A DNA stretch of 64,000 nucleotides from Candidatus Yanofskybacteria bacterium. Lineage in GTDB: Bacteria > Patescibacteriota > Minisyncoccia > 2-02-FULL-40-12 > GWA2-44-9. The stretch is from positions 6,919-70,918 of the forward strand of contig JADLBM010000016.1 in NCBI GenBank assembly GCA_020847715.1. Direction: 5' to 3'. Positions 1 through 9,350 of the stretch are shown here, one piece after another; position 1 is the stretch's first letter, and every line of letters starts with the position of its first letter. The position numbers were made by a program, and so were the translations under genes. The notes under the pieces were generated by a model that made no database searches, was not told the origin of the DNA, and saw nothing but the letters and a program-made list of their open reading frames with translations.

Positions 1-576
1 CGCACACGCGAGCACCTCGACATCAAATCCCCAGCCGAAGACGGTAAGTCGTGTAAAGATCTCCTGCGCCGCTTTGGCGGTAAATGCCTTGAATCCCCGC
101 TGGGTATCCCAGATACCGGGAACAGCCCACGCCTGAATCCACAGGTTTCCCATCTTGCCCATGATGACACGCCACAATGGCTCTGCTCCGCCCTGCACAA
201 CCCGCGCCCCCTTCACGGCGAGAGAGCCAATGACGATATCCGTTCCCGCATCGAACAACGGCTTCATGTTCTCGAAGTGGTCGATGGTCGTGCTATTGTC
301 AGCATCCATAAAGAGGCGCACCTCCCCCGTCCCGAACAGCATGCCAGCGGTAACCGCATACCCTTTCCCCGGCCGCTTCTCTTGGATGAGACGAATAGCG
401 TGATACTGCTGCATGACCGCGCGAACGGCATCAGCAGTTCCGTCCGACGAGCGATTATCCACAACAATGACTTCCCAGTCATACGACTGGCGGGAAAGCC
501 ACCCACACACGGCCTGCAATGTGGAGCCGATACGCTTCGCTTCGTTGTAAGCCGGAATGATGACGGAGAGATACAT
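1..576 (-). CDS. Family-2 glycosyltransferase (dolichyl-phosphate mannose synthase-like), partial; C-terminus lies off the window start
   Basis: Reverse-strand frame starting at ATG (revcomp of 574-576) reads MYLSVIIPAYNEAKRIGSTLQAV...VVDNRSSDGT...LFMDADNST..., a typical GT2 N-terminus. The ORF track misses it because it runs off the window edge. Confidence 0.75.
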   Translation of the reverse strand, partial: MYLSVIIPAYNEAKRIGSTLQAVCGWLSRQSYDWEVIVVDNRSSDGTADAVRAVMQQYHAIRLIQEKRPGKGYAVTAGMLFGTGEVRLFMDADNSTTIDHFENMKPLFDAGTDIVIGSLAVKGARVVQGGAEPLWRVIMGKMGNLWIQAWAVPGIWDTQRGFKAFTAKAAQEIFTRLTVFGWGFDVEVLACA

Positions 577-653
577 TGCCCCACTATCATAGCCGAGTCG
601 GGACCAAAAGCAAAAAGAGAGGGATTTGACAGAAACGGCACGAGTCACTACCA

Positions 654-1532
654 TTGGCCCCCGTGGCGGACATCCTGACATTATCTATAGAAGACAGCCG
701 GTATCCCACGCTCCTGAAGCGTATTGCCGACCCGCCACCCCACCTGCACTGCCGCGGCAACATGGCGCTCCTTGATTCGTTCTGCATCGGAGTCGTCGGC
801 GCTCGCCTCGCGAGCGATTACGGCCGCCGCGCCGCGACCGACCTCGCCGGACAGCTTGCGTCCAACGGCATCACCGTCGTGAGCGGGCTTGCGCTGGGCA
901 TTGATGCCGCTGCCCATCAGGCGGCACTCGACGCACACGGAGCAACGATTGCCGTTCTCGGCACCGGCATCGAGAACCTCTGGCCGAAGGAGAACGAACG
1001 GCTCGGGGAACGCATCATCGCGGAAGGCGGTCTCGTAGTGTCCGAGTACCCGGGAACAAAGCCCGGCGGGAAGCACACATTCCCCGAGCGAAACCGTATC
1101 ATCTCCGGTCTCTCGCGCGGCATCGTTGTCGTCGAAGCCGACCGAAAATCCGGCTCACTCATCACTGCGCGATGCGCACTCGAACAGGACCGTGATGTGT
1201 TCGCCGTTCCCGGCAGTATCTACTGGCCGCGTTCAATCGGTACGAACCTCCTCATTCAGCAAGGTGCTCGCCCAGTCCTCACCGCATCCGACATTCTTGC
1301 GTCATATGCCGTGCGGCAGATTCCGCTCCCCGTTGAGCCTCTATCCACACGTGATCCGGTTCAGCAGAGTATACTGGCTCTATTGCGTACACAGGGGCCG
1401 ACGCATCTCGATGCGATTGTCGCAACGATAGGAGAAGATGCGTCCCGCAGCATCGCGGCAGTCGCGCTCCTCGAACTGCAAGACGCCATCCGTCACTCAG
1501 GAGGCGGCATCTACCAGATCTCAGCGAACTAA
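654..1532 (+). CDS. dprA: DNA processing protein DprA (Smf), Rossmann-like DNA-binding domain
   Basis: 292-aa ORF with DprA motifs (GxALGID, AHxAAL, VVEA...GSLITA). The exact start is uncertain. Confidence 0.85.
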   Translation: MAPVADILTLSIEDSRYPTLLKRIADPPPHLHCRGNMALLDSFCIGVVGARLASDYGRRAATDLAGQLASNGITVVSGLALGIDAAAHQAALDAHGATIAVLGTGIENLWPKENERLGERIIAEGGLVVSEYPGTKPGGKHTFPERNRIISGLSRGIVVVEADRKSGSLITARCALEQDRDVFAVPGSIYWPRSIGTNLLIQQGARPVLTASDILASYAVRQIPLPVEPLSTRDPVQQSILALLRTQGPTHLDAIVATIGEDASRSIAAVALLELQDAIRHSGGGIYQISAN

Positions 1533-1550
1533 CAACACCATCCTCAACCC

Positions 1551-3557
1551 GTGAAACTCGTCATCGTCGAATCCCCAACCAAAGCAAAGACTATTTCCCA
1601 ATACTTGGGCGATGATGTTGTCGTGCGCTCCAGCTACGGCCATGTGCGCGACCTTCCGAAATCTGAACTTGGTATCGACACCGAGAAGGACTTCGCGCCC
1701 TCCTACATCGTCCCGACAAAAGCGAAGAAGAACCTGTCGGAACTGAAGAAGGAGGCCGCCAAGGCAGATACCATCGTGCTCGCAACTGATGAAGACCGCG
1801 AAGGAGAGGCTATCGCGTGGCACCTGTCGCAGGCGCTCGATTTGGCAAAACTGCAAAAGAAAAAGAAGGACCTCAAAGTCCAGCGCATCGTGTTTCACGA
1901 GATTACCAAGTCCGCCATTCAGCACGCCATCGAGCACCCACGCGAGCTCGACCGGAATCTGGTAGATGCCCAGCAGGCACGCCGCATTCTTGATCGCCTC
2001 GTCGGCTACAAACTCTCCCCTGTTCTCTGGAAACGCTACTACCGAGGACTGTCTGCCGGCCGCGTACAGTCAGTCGCAACACGGCTCATCGTCGAGCGCG
2101 AGCGCGAGATTGAAGCATTCAAACCCGAGGAGTACTGGACGATACAGGCATCGCTCACGACGCCCGATTTCCCCACCCCCATCGCCGCCCAATTGGTCAG
2201 CGCCCACGGAAAGCCGCTCGACAAGTTCGGCATTCCGAACAAAGAGCGCGCTGATGCCATCCTCGCCGATCTTGATGGTGCCACCTACACCGTAACGAGC
2301 GTCGAACGCACGCAATCCTCCCGCATGCCGCATGCACCGTTCACAACCTCCACGATGCAGCAGGAAGCGAACCGCCGCCTCCGCTACTCCAGCAAACAAA
2401 CCATGATGTTCGCTCAAGGCCTGTATGAGGCCGGATACATCACCTACATGCGCACCGACTCGGTGAACTTATCAGAACAGTCCCTCCTCCAAGCGAAGGA
2501 GCACATCGAATCGCAGTATGGCCCGACATACCACTTCCGCCGGAAATACAAAACAAAATCCAAGAGCGCGCAGGAAGCGCACGAGGCCATCCGCCCCACC
2601 GACCCCGCTCGCACACCGGAGTCCATGGCAGGCACGCTCACGCCCCAGCAGCTGAAGCTCTACGACCTCATCTGGCGCCGGTTCACCGCATCGCAGATGG
2701 CTGACGCGCGGTTCGATGCGACTGCAATCGATATTTCGGCGAAAACCTACGGGTTCCGCGCGACCGGCTCAATCCTCACCTTCGACGGATGGCTCAAGGT
2801 CTTGCCCTCGAAGTTCGAAGACAACGAGCTGCCGACCGTCCGCGATGGAGACGCACTCACCCTCAGCGAGCTCACCCCCGAGCAACACTTCACAAAACCA
2901 CCCGCCCGCTTCAACGAGGCGTCGCTCATCAAGACGCTCGAAAAGGAAGGTATCGGCCGCCCGAGCACCTACGCCGCCATCATCAGCACCATCCTGCTCC
3001 GCAAATATGTCGAGAAGGACCGCAGCCGGTACTTCCACCCCACTGAGATTGGCATGCAAGTCAACGACTTCCTCGTCGCGCAGTTTCCTCGCATCGTCGA
3101 TGTGAAGTTCACCTCCGGCATGGAAGACGAGCTCGACGATGTCGCCGCCGGCAAGCGCTCGTGGGTGCCGACCATCCGCGCCTTCTACGCACCGCTCGCA
3201 CTCGACATCAAGGAGAAGATGAAGGAAGCGCAGGAGGCGAAGGAGGCTGAAATCGAACAGACCGACAAGATTTGCGACAAGTGCGGAAGCACGATGGTCG
3301 TGAAGCGCGGCCGGTTCGGGAAGTTTATCGCCTGCTCGAACTTCCCCGAATGTAAAAATATCTTGAAGGAAAAGAAGGACTCCGCTCCCCCGGAGAAAGT
3401 CGGCCGCGTATGCCCCGACGATGGCGGCGAGCTCATCTACCGCATCGGCCGGTTCGGGAAGTTCATCGCCTGCTCGAACTTCCCGAAGTGCAAACACACG
3501 GAGAAGATAAAGAAGACGGAAACCGAAGAGACGCCTCCGGAACCCGACGCTGCATAG
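1551..3557 (+). CDS. topA: DNA topoisomerase I, short form with two C-terminal C4 zinc ribbons
   Basis: GTG start. N-terminus MKLVIVESPTKAKTI is the TOPRIM domain. Two CxxC...CxxC repeats sit at the C-terminus. 668 aa. Confidence 0.95.
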   Translation: MKLVIVESPTKAKTISQYLGDDVVVRSSYGHVRDLPKSELGIDTEKDFAPSYIVPTKAKKNLSELKKEAAKADTIVLATDEDREGEAIAWHLSQALDLAKLQKKKKDLKVQRIVFHEITKSAIQHAIEHPRELDRNLVDAQQARRILDRLVGYKLSPVLWKRYYRGLSAGRVQSVATRLIVEREREIEAFKPEEYWTIQASLTTPDFPTPIAAQLVSAHGKPLDKFGIPNKERADAILADLDGATYTVTSVERTQSSRMPHAPFTTSTMQQEANRRLRYSSKQTMMFAQGLYEAGYITYMRTDSVNLSEQSLLQAKEHIESQYGPTYHFRRKYKTKSKSAQEAHEAIRPTDPARTPESMAGTLTPQQLKLYDLIWRRFTASQMADARFDATAIDISAKTYGFRATGSILTFDGWLKVLPSKFEDNELPTVRDGDALTLSELTPEQHFTKPPARFNEASLIKTLEKEGIGRPSTYAAIISTILLRKYVEKDRSRYFHPTEIGMQVNDFLVAQFPRIVDVKFTSGMEDELDDVAAGKRSWVPTIRAFYAPLALDIKEKMKEAQEAKEAEIEQTDKICDKCGSTMVVKRGRFGKFIACSNFPECKNILKEKKDSAPPEKVGRVCPDDGGELIYRIGRFGKFIACSNFPKCKHTEKIKKTETEETPPEPDAA

Positions 3558-3614
3558 ACGCCCGCCCTATTTCGTGGTAAATCAGCGACCAGCACACTCA
3601 AAGGGAGGTTCGGC

Positions 3615-4181
3615 GTGGAATACCAAGAGACCCACATTCCCGGAGCCGTTCTCATCAAGCCCGTACGGCGCCTCGACCAGCGCGGCTCGTTCCGCGAGGT
3701 GTTCAACGAAGATCGCCTCCGAGATATCGGGCTTCCGCCGGTTGCGTTCCGGCAGATGAACGTCTCGGAGAGTCGGAAGGGCGTTCTGCGCGGGCTTCAC
3801 TTCCAGAAGTTGCGCCCGCAAGCGAAGCTGGTCACCGTTCTCCGCGGCGTCGCTGTCGACGTCGTTGCCGACATTCGACGCGACTCCCAGGCGTTTGGTA
3901 GGTACGCGAAGGCCACCCTCTCCGCCGAGAACGGACATGCGCTGTTCATTCCTGCCGGTTGCGCACACGGCTTCGTGAGCCTGACCGACGACCTGCTCTT
4001 CTGCTACCTCTGCGACGACACCTACTCGGGACCGGATGACCAAGGTGGCATCCGCTGGGACGACCCGTTCTTCTCGATTTACTGGCCCTTCACGAACCCG
4101 CTTGTATCAGAAAAGGACGCACTCCTCCCCTGGACCGCCAACCTGCGACCCGAGGATTACCCGTTCACCGCCTCGCGCTAA
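3615..4181 (+). CDS. rfbC: dTDP-4-dehydrorhamnose 3,5-epimerase (RmlC cupin)
   Basis: GTG start preceded by AGGGAGG. RmlC-like sequence (RGLHFQ...). Confidence 0.85.
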   Translation: MEYQETHIPGAVLIKPVRRLDQRGSFREVFNEDRLRDIGLPPVAFRQMNVSESRKGVLRGLHFQKLRPQAKLVTVLRGVAVDVVADIRRDSQAFGRYAKATLSAENGHALFIPAGCAHGFVSLTDDLLFCYLCDDTYSGPDDQGGIRWDDPFFSIYWPFTNPLVSEKDALLPWTANLRPEDYPFTASR

Positions 4182-4197
4182 GCGCGAGGCGTTTTTC
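4170..4197 (+). terminator. Intrinsic terminator overlapping the rfbC stop codon
   Basis: CCTCGCGC-TAA-GCGCGAGG stem followed by CGTTTTT. Confidence 0.7.
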
Positions 4198-4240
4198 ATG
4201 CACCGTTGAAAAACCAGAAAATAGGAATACACTATCGTCA

Positions 4241-6130
4241 ATGGATGCGCGCGCCCTCCTACTCTCGAAATACCACGGAGAGGACCACGCCCTCATCGAG
4301 CGGGCGTTTCATGTCGCGGACACAAATCACGCCGGCCAACTCCGCGCCTCAGGAGAGCCCTACATCACCCACCCGCTCCACGTCGCCCTATTCCTCGCCG
4401 ATCTTGGATTCGACGCCCGCACCGCCGCGGCGGCGCTCCTCCATGACGTACTCGAAGACACGGCGGTCACGAAGAAAGAAATCGAAGAACAGTTCGGACA
4501 CGAAGTCGCCTTTCTTGTGGATGGCGTCACCAAGCTGTCTGCTATCAGTAGCCGCGCCCGCTCACGGGCAACCACAACTGACCTGCAGACGCAGTCGCTG
4601 AAGAAAATGTTCTTCGCTATGGCTGAGGACCTGCGCGTTATCATCATCAAACTCGCCGACCGTTTCCACAACATCTCGACGCTCAAGTACAAAGATCCCG
4701 AATCGCGCATTCGCATCGCCCGCCAAACGATGGACCTCTATGCACCCATCGCCGACCGTCTGGGCATGGGAAAACTGAAAGGAGACATGGAAGATATTGC
4801 GTTCCCGTGGGCTTACCCGACCGAATACGGATGGCTGAAGAAGGCCGTCCGCGGGAAATACACCGATCGGCTCCGGTACATCGAGCGCACCGCCCCCATC
4901 GTGAAGAAGCACCTGACCGACTCCGGCGTGCCGGTCCTCGATATCCACGCCCGCGCCAAGCGCATGTGGTCGCTCTACCAAAAGCTCAAGCGCTACGATA
5001 TGGACCCCGATAAGGTTATGGACCTCGTTGCGCTTCGCATCATCGTTCCCGATGTAAAGAGTTGCTACGAAGCGCTTGGGATTATTCACGCGCACTACCG
5101 CCCAATGCCGGGGCGCATTAAGGATTACATCGCGCTCCCGAAGCCGAACGGCTACCGCTCGCTCCACACAACCGTCTTCTGCGAGAAGGGTCGCATCGCC
5201 GAGATCCAGATTCGCACGCCCGACATGCATAGTCACGCCGAGAATGGTATTGCGGCCCACTGGAGCTACGCGGAAGCGGGCAAACGCGCGGTGTCGGCAA
5301 AGCAGAAGGAGCTCGCGTGGATCAACCAGCTCAAATCCTTCCTTCGCGATATCAAGACGAGTCAGGGCATGGCCGAACTCAAGATCGACTTCTTCAAGAA
5401 TCGGATCTTCGCGCTCACGCCAGAGGGTGACATCAAAGACCTCCCCGAGGGCGCGAACGCAATCGACTTCGCATATGCCGTACACTCCGAGCTCGGCCAT
5501 CGGACAACTGGCGCACTTGCGAATGGTCGCATCATTCCGCTGGACGCTCCCTTACAATCCGGCGATGTTGTTGAGATTATCCGCGGAAAAGAAGCCCGTC
5601 CAAGCAAGGACTGGCTCCACATGGTGACCACTAGCCAAGCTGCAAAACACATCAAGGGGTGGCTCAAGAAAAACGATCCGGGCATGGCGGTTGCTGATGG
5701 TCGCGTCCTTCTCAACCGCGAGCTCGGTAAGTCGGGATTATCGCTCGACAAACTCAATCGACGCCACATCGACACGCTCGTGAAGGCAGCGTCATCGAAA
5801 ACGCTCGATGACCTTCTCCTCCACATTAGCATGGGCGACTTCGACGCGGCCGTCGTCGCGCGGACGCTCGGCATAAAGACACCGGACACGCGCCAGCACA
5901 GGAGCGCTGTCAGCCGAAGCGCTCCTGTGACGGGCGCACTCGCCTCCGTACTCATCGCGGGAGAACCCGGCCTCCACTATAAGATCGGGAAGTGCTGTGC
6001 GCCTCGCGTCGGCACACCGATCACCGGATACCTCACGGTCGCCCGCGGCGTCACCATTCACGCGCACACCTGCGCGAATGTCACAGCAGCCGACCATCGT
6101 CGGCTGCTCAAAGCGGAGTGGTCGGCTTAA
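4241..6130 (+). CDS. relA: Bifunctional (p)ppGpp synthetase/hydrolase Rel/SpoT (HD + synthetase + TGS/ACT)
   Basis: HD motif HDVLEDT, synthetase motifs, 629 aa. Confidence 0.9.
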   Translation: MDARALLLSKYHGEDHALIERAFHVADTNHAGQLRASGEPYITHPLHVALFLADLGFDARTAAAALLHDVLEDTAVTKKEIEEQFGHEVAFLVDGVTKLSAISSRARSRATTTDLQTQSLKKMFFAMAEDLRVIIIKLADRFHNISTLKYKDPESRIRIARQTMDLYAPIADRLGMGKLKGDMEDIAFPWAYPTEYGWLKKAVRGKYTDRLRYIERTAPIVKKHLTDSGVPVLDIHARAKRMWSLYQKLKRYDMDPDKVMDLVALRIIVPDVKSCYEALGIIHAHYRPMPGRIKDYIALPKPNGYRSLHTTVFCEKGRIAEIQIRTPDMHSHAENGIAAHWSYAEAGKRAVSAKQKELAWINQLKSFLRDIKTSQGMAELKIDFFKNRIFALTPEGDIKDLPEGANAIDFAYAVHSELGHRTTGALANGRIIPLDAPLQSGDVVEIIRGKEARPSKDWLHMVTTSQAAKHIKGWLKKNDPGMAVADGRVLLNRELGKSGLSLDKLNRRHIDTLVKAASSKTLDDLLLHISMGDFDAAVVARTLGIKTPDTRQHRSAVSRSAPVTGALASVLIAGEPGLHYKIGKCCAPRVGTPITGYLTVARGVTIHAHTCANVTAADHRRLLKAEWSA

Positions 6131-6139
6131 CTCTCCGAG

Positions 6140-6475
6140 TTACAGCCCTCGCATCTGATCGATGATAGCCTGCAAACGGTGCGCGGCTTCGTCCTCCTCT
6201 TTCGGATACGCATCGCGAACCGCCTCAAGGGTGGCAATCGCGTAGCTCTCTCCAGTATCCTCGTCGATTACCCCAGAGTCGAACTGGAGCTTTGCGTAGC
6301 GAATTTGAAAATCAAGACGAGCCTGCTGGCTTGGGCTCGCATCAGCGAGCACCTCGTTTCGCGCATACCACTCGCGAACAACCTCGAAATCTCCACTCCT
6401 CATTGCCTCAACACATCGCTCATCCGAAATTGACTCCCTCTCATGTGTACCGTTCATTTCGGGAGGTTTCTCCAT
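6140..6475 (-). CDS. Hypothetical acidic protein (111 aa) immediately downstream of parB
   Basis: Internal ATG at 6475 lies 1 nt after the parB stop. The longer 250-aa ORF is an out-of-frame overlap with parB and is rejected. Confidence 0.4.
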   Translation of the reverse strand: MEKPPEMNGTHERESISDERCVEAMRSGDFEVVREWYARNEVLADASPSQQARLDFQIRYAKLQFDSGVIDEDTGESYAIATLEAVRDAYPKEEDEAAHRLQAIIDQMRGL

Positions 6476-6476
6476 A

Positions 6477-7382
6477 TCAGTCGATGATTCGTTTGACGAC
6501 GCCGTTGAGGTGCTCGAGATCCGTGAAACGGATAACGATCTGGCCCGCTTTCGCGGAACCAGTCGCTGTGCGAATAAGCACGGGCGCCTGAAGATGCTCC
6601 GCCAAGTTTGCGCGCAAATCTTCGAAGCGTGCGCTGTGCGACGCCTTCCGGCGACCGACCGCCGCCTTCGCGGACGATGCGGCGTACTCAACATCCTTCG
6701 TGCTAAACCCTCCGGCAGTAAGCTGTTCGTAGGCCTGCCGCTGGGCCGCCTCGTCTTGGAATGAAAGGAGTGCCCGGGCCGCAGTTCCCGAAATACGTCC
6801 TGCACGCGTTGCGTCCTTGATGTACTTCGGAAGATTGATGAGGCGCATGATGTTGGCAACCGCCTCACGGCTCTTCCCCACCTTCTCCGCAATCTCCTGT
6901 TGCTTCAAACCGAACTCATTCGCGAGACGCGCATACGCCTCGGCCTGCTCGATAGCATTGAGATCTTCGCGTTGAAGGTTCTCGATAAGCGCAACCTCGA
7001 GGCGCTGCGAGGGCTGCGATGCGCCTGCGGGAGCAAGGTCGTCGCGGATGATAACCGGCACCTGTGGGAGCCCCGCCATCTGTGACGCCCGCCACCGGCG
7101 CTCGCCCGCGATGAGCTGATAGCGAACGGCGCGGCCCCGCGGAAGATCTTCTTCGATCTTGCTCACCAAGAGTGGCTGAAGCACCCCAAACTTTCTGATA
7201 CTCCGCGCAAGATCACCCAACGCCTCTTGATCGAAATCGGTGCGTGGCTGTTCAGGATTCGGCTGGATCTTGCTGACCTCGACATAAAAGACATTCTCAC
7301 GCTTCTGATTCACTCCATCGGCGACTTCGTCGGGGATGAGCGAGCTGAGTCCTTTGCCGAGTCCGAACAATTTCTTCGACAT
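6477..7382 (-). CDS. parB: Chromosome partitioning protein ParB/Spo0J
   Basis: GERRWRAS motif and HTH. 301 aa. Confidence 0.95.
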   Translation of the reverse strand: MSKKLFGLGKGLSSLIPDEVADGVNQKRENVFYVEVSKIQPNPEQPRTDFDQEALGDLARSIRKFGVLQPLLVSKIEEDLPRGRAVRYQLIAGERRWRASQMAGLPQVPVIIRDDLAPAGASQPSQRLEVALIENLQREDLNAIEQAEAYARLANEFGLKQQEIAEKVGKSREAVANIMRLINLPKYIKDATRAGRISGTAARALLSFQDEAAQRQAYEQLTAGGFSTKDVEYAASSAKAAVGRRKASHSARFEDLRANLAEHLQAPVLIRTATGSAKAGQIVIRFTDLEHLNGVVKRIID

Positions 7383-7386
7383 GGTT

Positions 7387-8148
7387 CTAGTTTAGCCGAA
7401 TTATCTCCTGTGCCAAGCGGTCGTACGCAAGCGCCGCCTTGCTTCCAGGATCGTGCTGCAAGATGGTCTTCCCAAAGCTCGGCGACTCGGCAACCGACAC
7501 ACCGCGTGGCACAACCGACTCGAACACGCGGCCCGGGAAATTGTGCATCACCTCATTGACCACCTGCCGCGAAAGCTGGTTGCGCTTGTCGTACATCGTG
7601 AGCACCACTCCCATCACCCCAAGGTCGGGGTTGAGCCCACCGCGCACGAGATCGATGGTGCGCATGAGCTGACCAAGCCCTTCGAGCGCGTAGTACTCGC
7701 ACTGCACCGGAATGATAACGCGGTCCGCCGCAGCGAGCGCGTTGATAGTAAGAAGTCCCAGCGACGGCGGACAGTCGATGAGGATATAGTCGTAGTTCGT
7801 CCGTAACTGGTTGAGGGCGCGGCGAAGACGATACTCGCGCTCCTGCATACTGACCAACTCAACAGTCGCTCCCGCCAGCGACTGTGCGGCCGGAAGAATG
7901 TCGTAGCCGTAGATAGGAGTCTTCCGGACGATTGAGATAGGGTTCGTGTCGCTCACCAGTGAGTGGTACACATTTTGGGCGGTTGGGTGTGTTTCGAGCC
8001 CAAGTCCCAGTGTGGCGTTCGCTTGAGAATCAAGGTCGACGAGAAGCACATACTTGCCGCGTGCGGCAAGATACGCGCCAAGGTTGACCGACGTCGTGGT
8101 CTTTCCTACTCCCCCTTTCTGATTACAGACTGCGATGACCCGTGCCAT
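7387..8148 (-). CDS. parA: Chromosome partitioning ATPase ParA/Soj
   Basis: MARVIAVCNQKGGVGKTTT is the deviant Walker A. The start is set at the internal ATG 8148; the longer ORF would run through the tRNA-Leu gene. Confidence 0.95.
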   Translation of the reverse strand: MARVIAVCNQKGGVGKTTTSVNLGAYLAARGKYVLLVDLDSQANATLGLGLETHPTAQNVYHSLVSDTNPISIVRKTPIYGYDILPAAQSLAGATVELVSMQEREYRLRRALNQLRTNYDYILIDCPPSLGLLTINALAAADRVIIPVQCEYYALEGLGQLMRTIDLVRGGLNPDLGVMGVVLTMYDKRNQLSRQVVNEVMHNFPGRVFESVVPRGVSVAESPSFGKTILQHDPGSKAALAYDRLAQEIIRLN

Positions 8149-8267
8149 AGATATTTCTCTTCTCCATTCTATTGTTTCGTCCTCTACAATGCAATTCAGC
8201 CAACTCTCGCATACGACGGAAGACCCTTGAGAAAACACTGAAAATACGGTATGATACGTGTCGCAAT

Positions 8268-8349
8268 GCCCGAGTGGTGGAATTGGCATACACGCACGAC
8301 TCAAAATCGTGTGCCGCAAGGCTTGTGGGTTCAACTCCCACCTCGGGCA
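8268..8349 (+). tRNA. tRNA-Leu (anticodon CAA), class II with a long variable arm
   Basis: Acceptor stem GCCCGAG/CTCGGGC, anticodon loop CTCAAAA, T-arm GTGGGTTCAACTCCCAC, discriminator A. CCA is not encoded. Confidence 0.8.
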
Positions 8350-8354
8350 CAGAA

Positions 8355-8388
8355 ACACATGCGACACCCCTACGGGTGTCGCATGTGT
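8355..8388 (+). terminator. Perfect 15-bp stem-loop right after tRNA-Leu (terminator or processing hairpin)
   Basis: ACACATGCGACACCC-CTAC-GGGTGTCGCATGTGT followed by TCGCTTATTT. Confidence 0.6.
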
Positions 8389-8509
8389 TCGCTTATTTAA
8401 CTCCACTCGAAACTATTTCCAAGGGAAGCGAGGGGTGGCACAGCGGGAATCGGTGGTTACACCTTATCGCCTTCTTCTGGGTGCTCGCGGGTCGGCGGCT
8501 CCGCAAAAT

Positions 8510-9322
8510 TTACTGAGCCTTTTCCAATTCCTCTAAATCCTTAAGAACATATGCCCTAAAAATGCTATCGCGTTCAATCCCATACGGAGTACTCATAATC
8601 CATTTACCCAATCGAGTGCCATTATGATCCCCGGGTCTTCCGTCGGGGAATACAGACCGCACTTTTTCTGGAGCATTACCAACCCATTTTTCAATAGCCT
8701 CGCGATACTCCTGCTGCGCTCTATCCAGCCTCTCATTCCATTCTTTTTGTGCTAGCTCATTTTTCTTGCGCACCTCTCGACAATCAGCTTTGTACTTTTC
8801 GACAGCTTGGCTATAACAACATTCGGGTGGAGGGGTGACACCTCTTGCTCGTGTCGGATTTTCCCCAGGCAAAGGAGTATCCCACCCGACAGGAGCAGGG
8901 TGCTCCACGCTGGCATGGATATATCCAGAATCTTCGCCGTCCTCATCCCGCACAGTTTTACTTTCGTTGGCTATCGTTTTTGCTCCACACGACTGACATA
9001 CCCACCACTTGTGGACTGCGCCCTCTTTCCATTCCTCAGTTGGCGCCTCGCCTTGCTCTTGCTTGTATTCTGGAACGGCGGGGAATGAAGGGAATTGCAG
9101 TTTTTCGCGTTCATCCGGAGCTCTCCACTCTGGTAGAGGGTTTGCTTCGAGATATGCTTTTATCTCTCTAATAGTTGCCGAATTTTCAAGTGCGCTTAAA
9201 ATTCGCTCTGTCTCTGCGTTATATTCAGCTTGCGCTCTTTCTTGCTCTGCCTTCCTTTTCCTAGCTCCTTCCTCATTTTGTTTGAGCTCTTCCGGCGAAA
9301 GCTCCCGTAAACGCCTTCTCAT
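8510..9322 (-). CDS. Hypothetical protein (270 aa); coiled-coil N-terminus, Cys-containing middle; within the low-GC island
   Basis: Long ORF. Local GC ~48% versus ~60% for the window. CATAAT sits 5 nt upstream of the ATG. Confidence 0.55.
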   Translation of the reverse strand: MRRRLRELSPEELKQNEEGARKRKAEQERAQAEYNAETERILSALENSATIREIKAYLEANPLPEWRAPDEREKLQFPSFPAVPEYKQEQGEAPTEEWKEGAVHKWWVCQSCGAKTIANESKTVRDEDGEDSGYIHASVEHPAPVGWDTPLPGENPTRARGVTPPPECCYSQAVEKYKADCREVRKKNELAQKEWNERLDRAQQEYREAIEKWVGNAPEKVRSVFPDGRPGDHNGTRLGKWIMSTPYGIERDSIFRAYVLKDLEELEKAQ

Positions 9323-9350
9323 GCTAGATTATGTAGATTAATTAGTAGCA

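Noticed and set aside
264-678. ORFs 264..641(-) and 277..678(+) listed in the track
   Set aside because: They overlap the better-supported minus-strand GT2 glycosyltransferase frame (1..576), and their translations have no protein-like features. High-GC antisense/alternate-frame ORFs.
1891-1906. parS-like site TGTTTCACGagattac inside topA
   Set aside because: Only the first 9 nt match the TGTTTCACGTGAAACA consensus, and the palindrome is not completed. Likely chance.
2769-3497. 242-aa antisense ORF inside topA; likewise 15791..17128(-) in dnaE, 19340..20626(-) in thrS, 44368..45633(+) in ileS and 53820..54578(+) in ligA
   Set aside because: Long stop-free antisense frames are expected at ~60% GC. 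They oppose strongly supported conserved genes and their translations are low-complexity Arg/Ala/Gly-rich.
6140-6892. 250-aa ORF overlapping parB
   Set aside because: Its N-terminal 139 residues are an Arg/Ser-rich out-of-frame read of parB. Only the C-terminal 111 aa (from ATG 6475, just after the parB stop) is plausible.
7387-8406. Full-length 339-aa parA ORF extending to 8406
   Set aside because: The N-terminal 86 residues would be translated through the tRNA-Leu gene and its hairpin. The conserved ParA start MARVIAVCNQKGGVGKTT is at ATG 8148.
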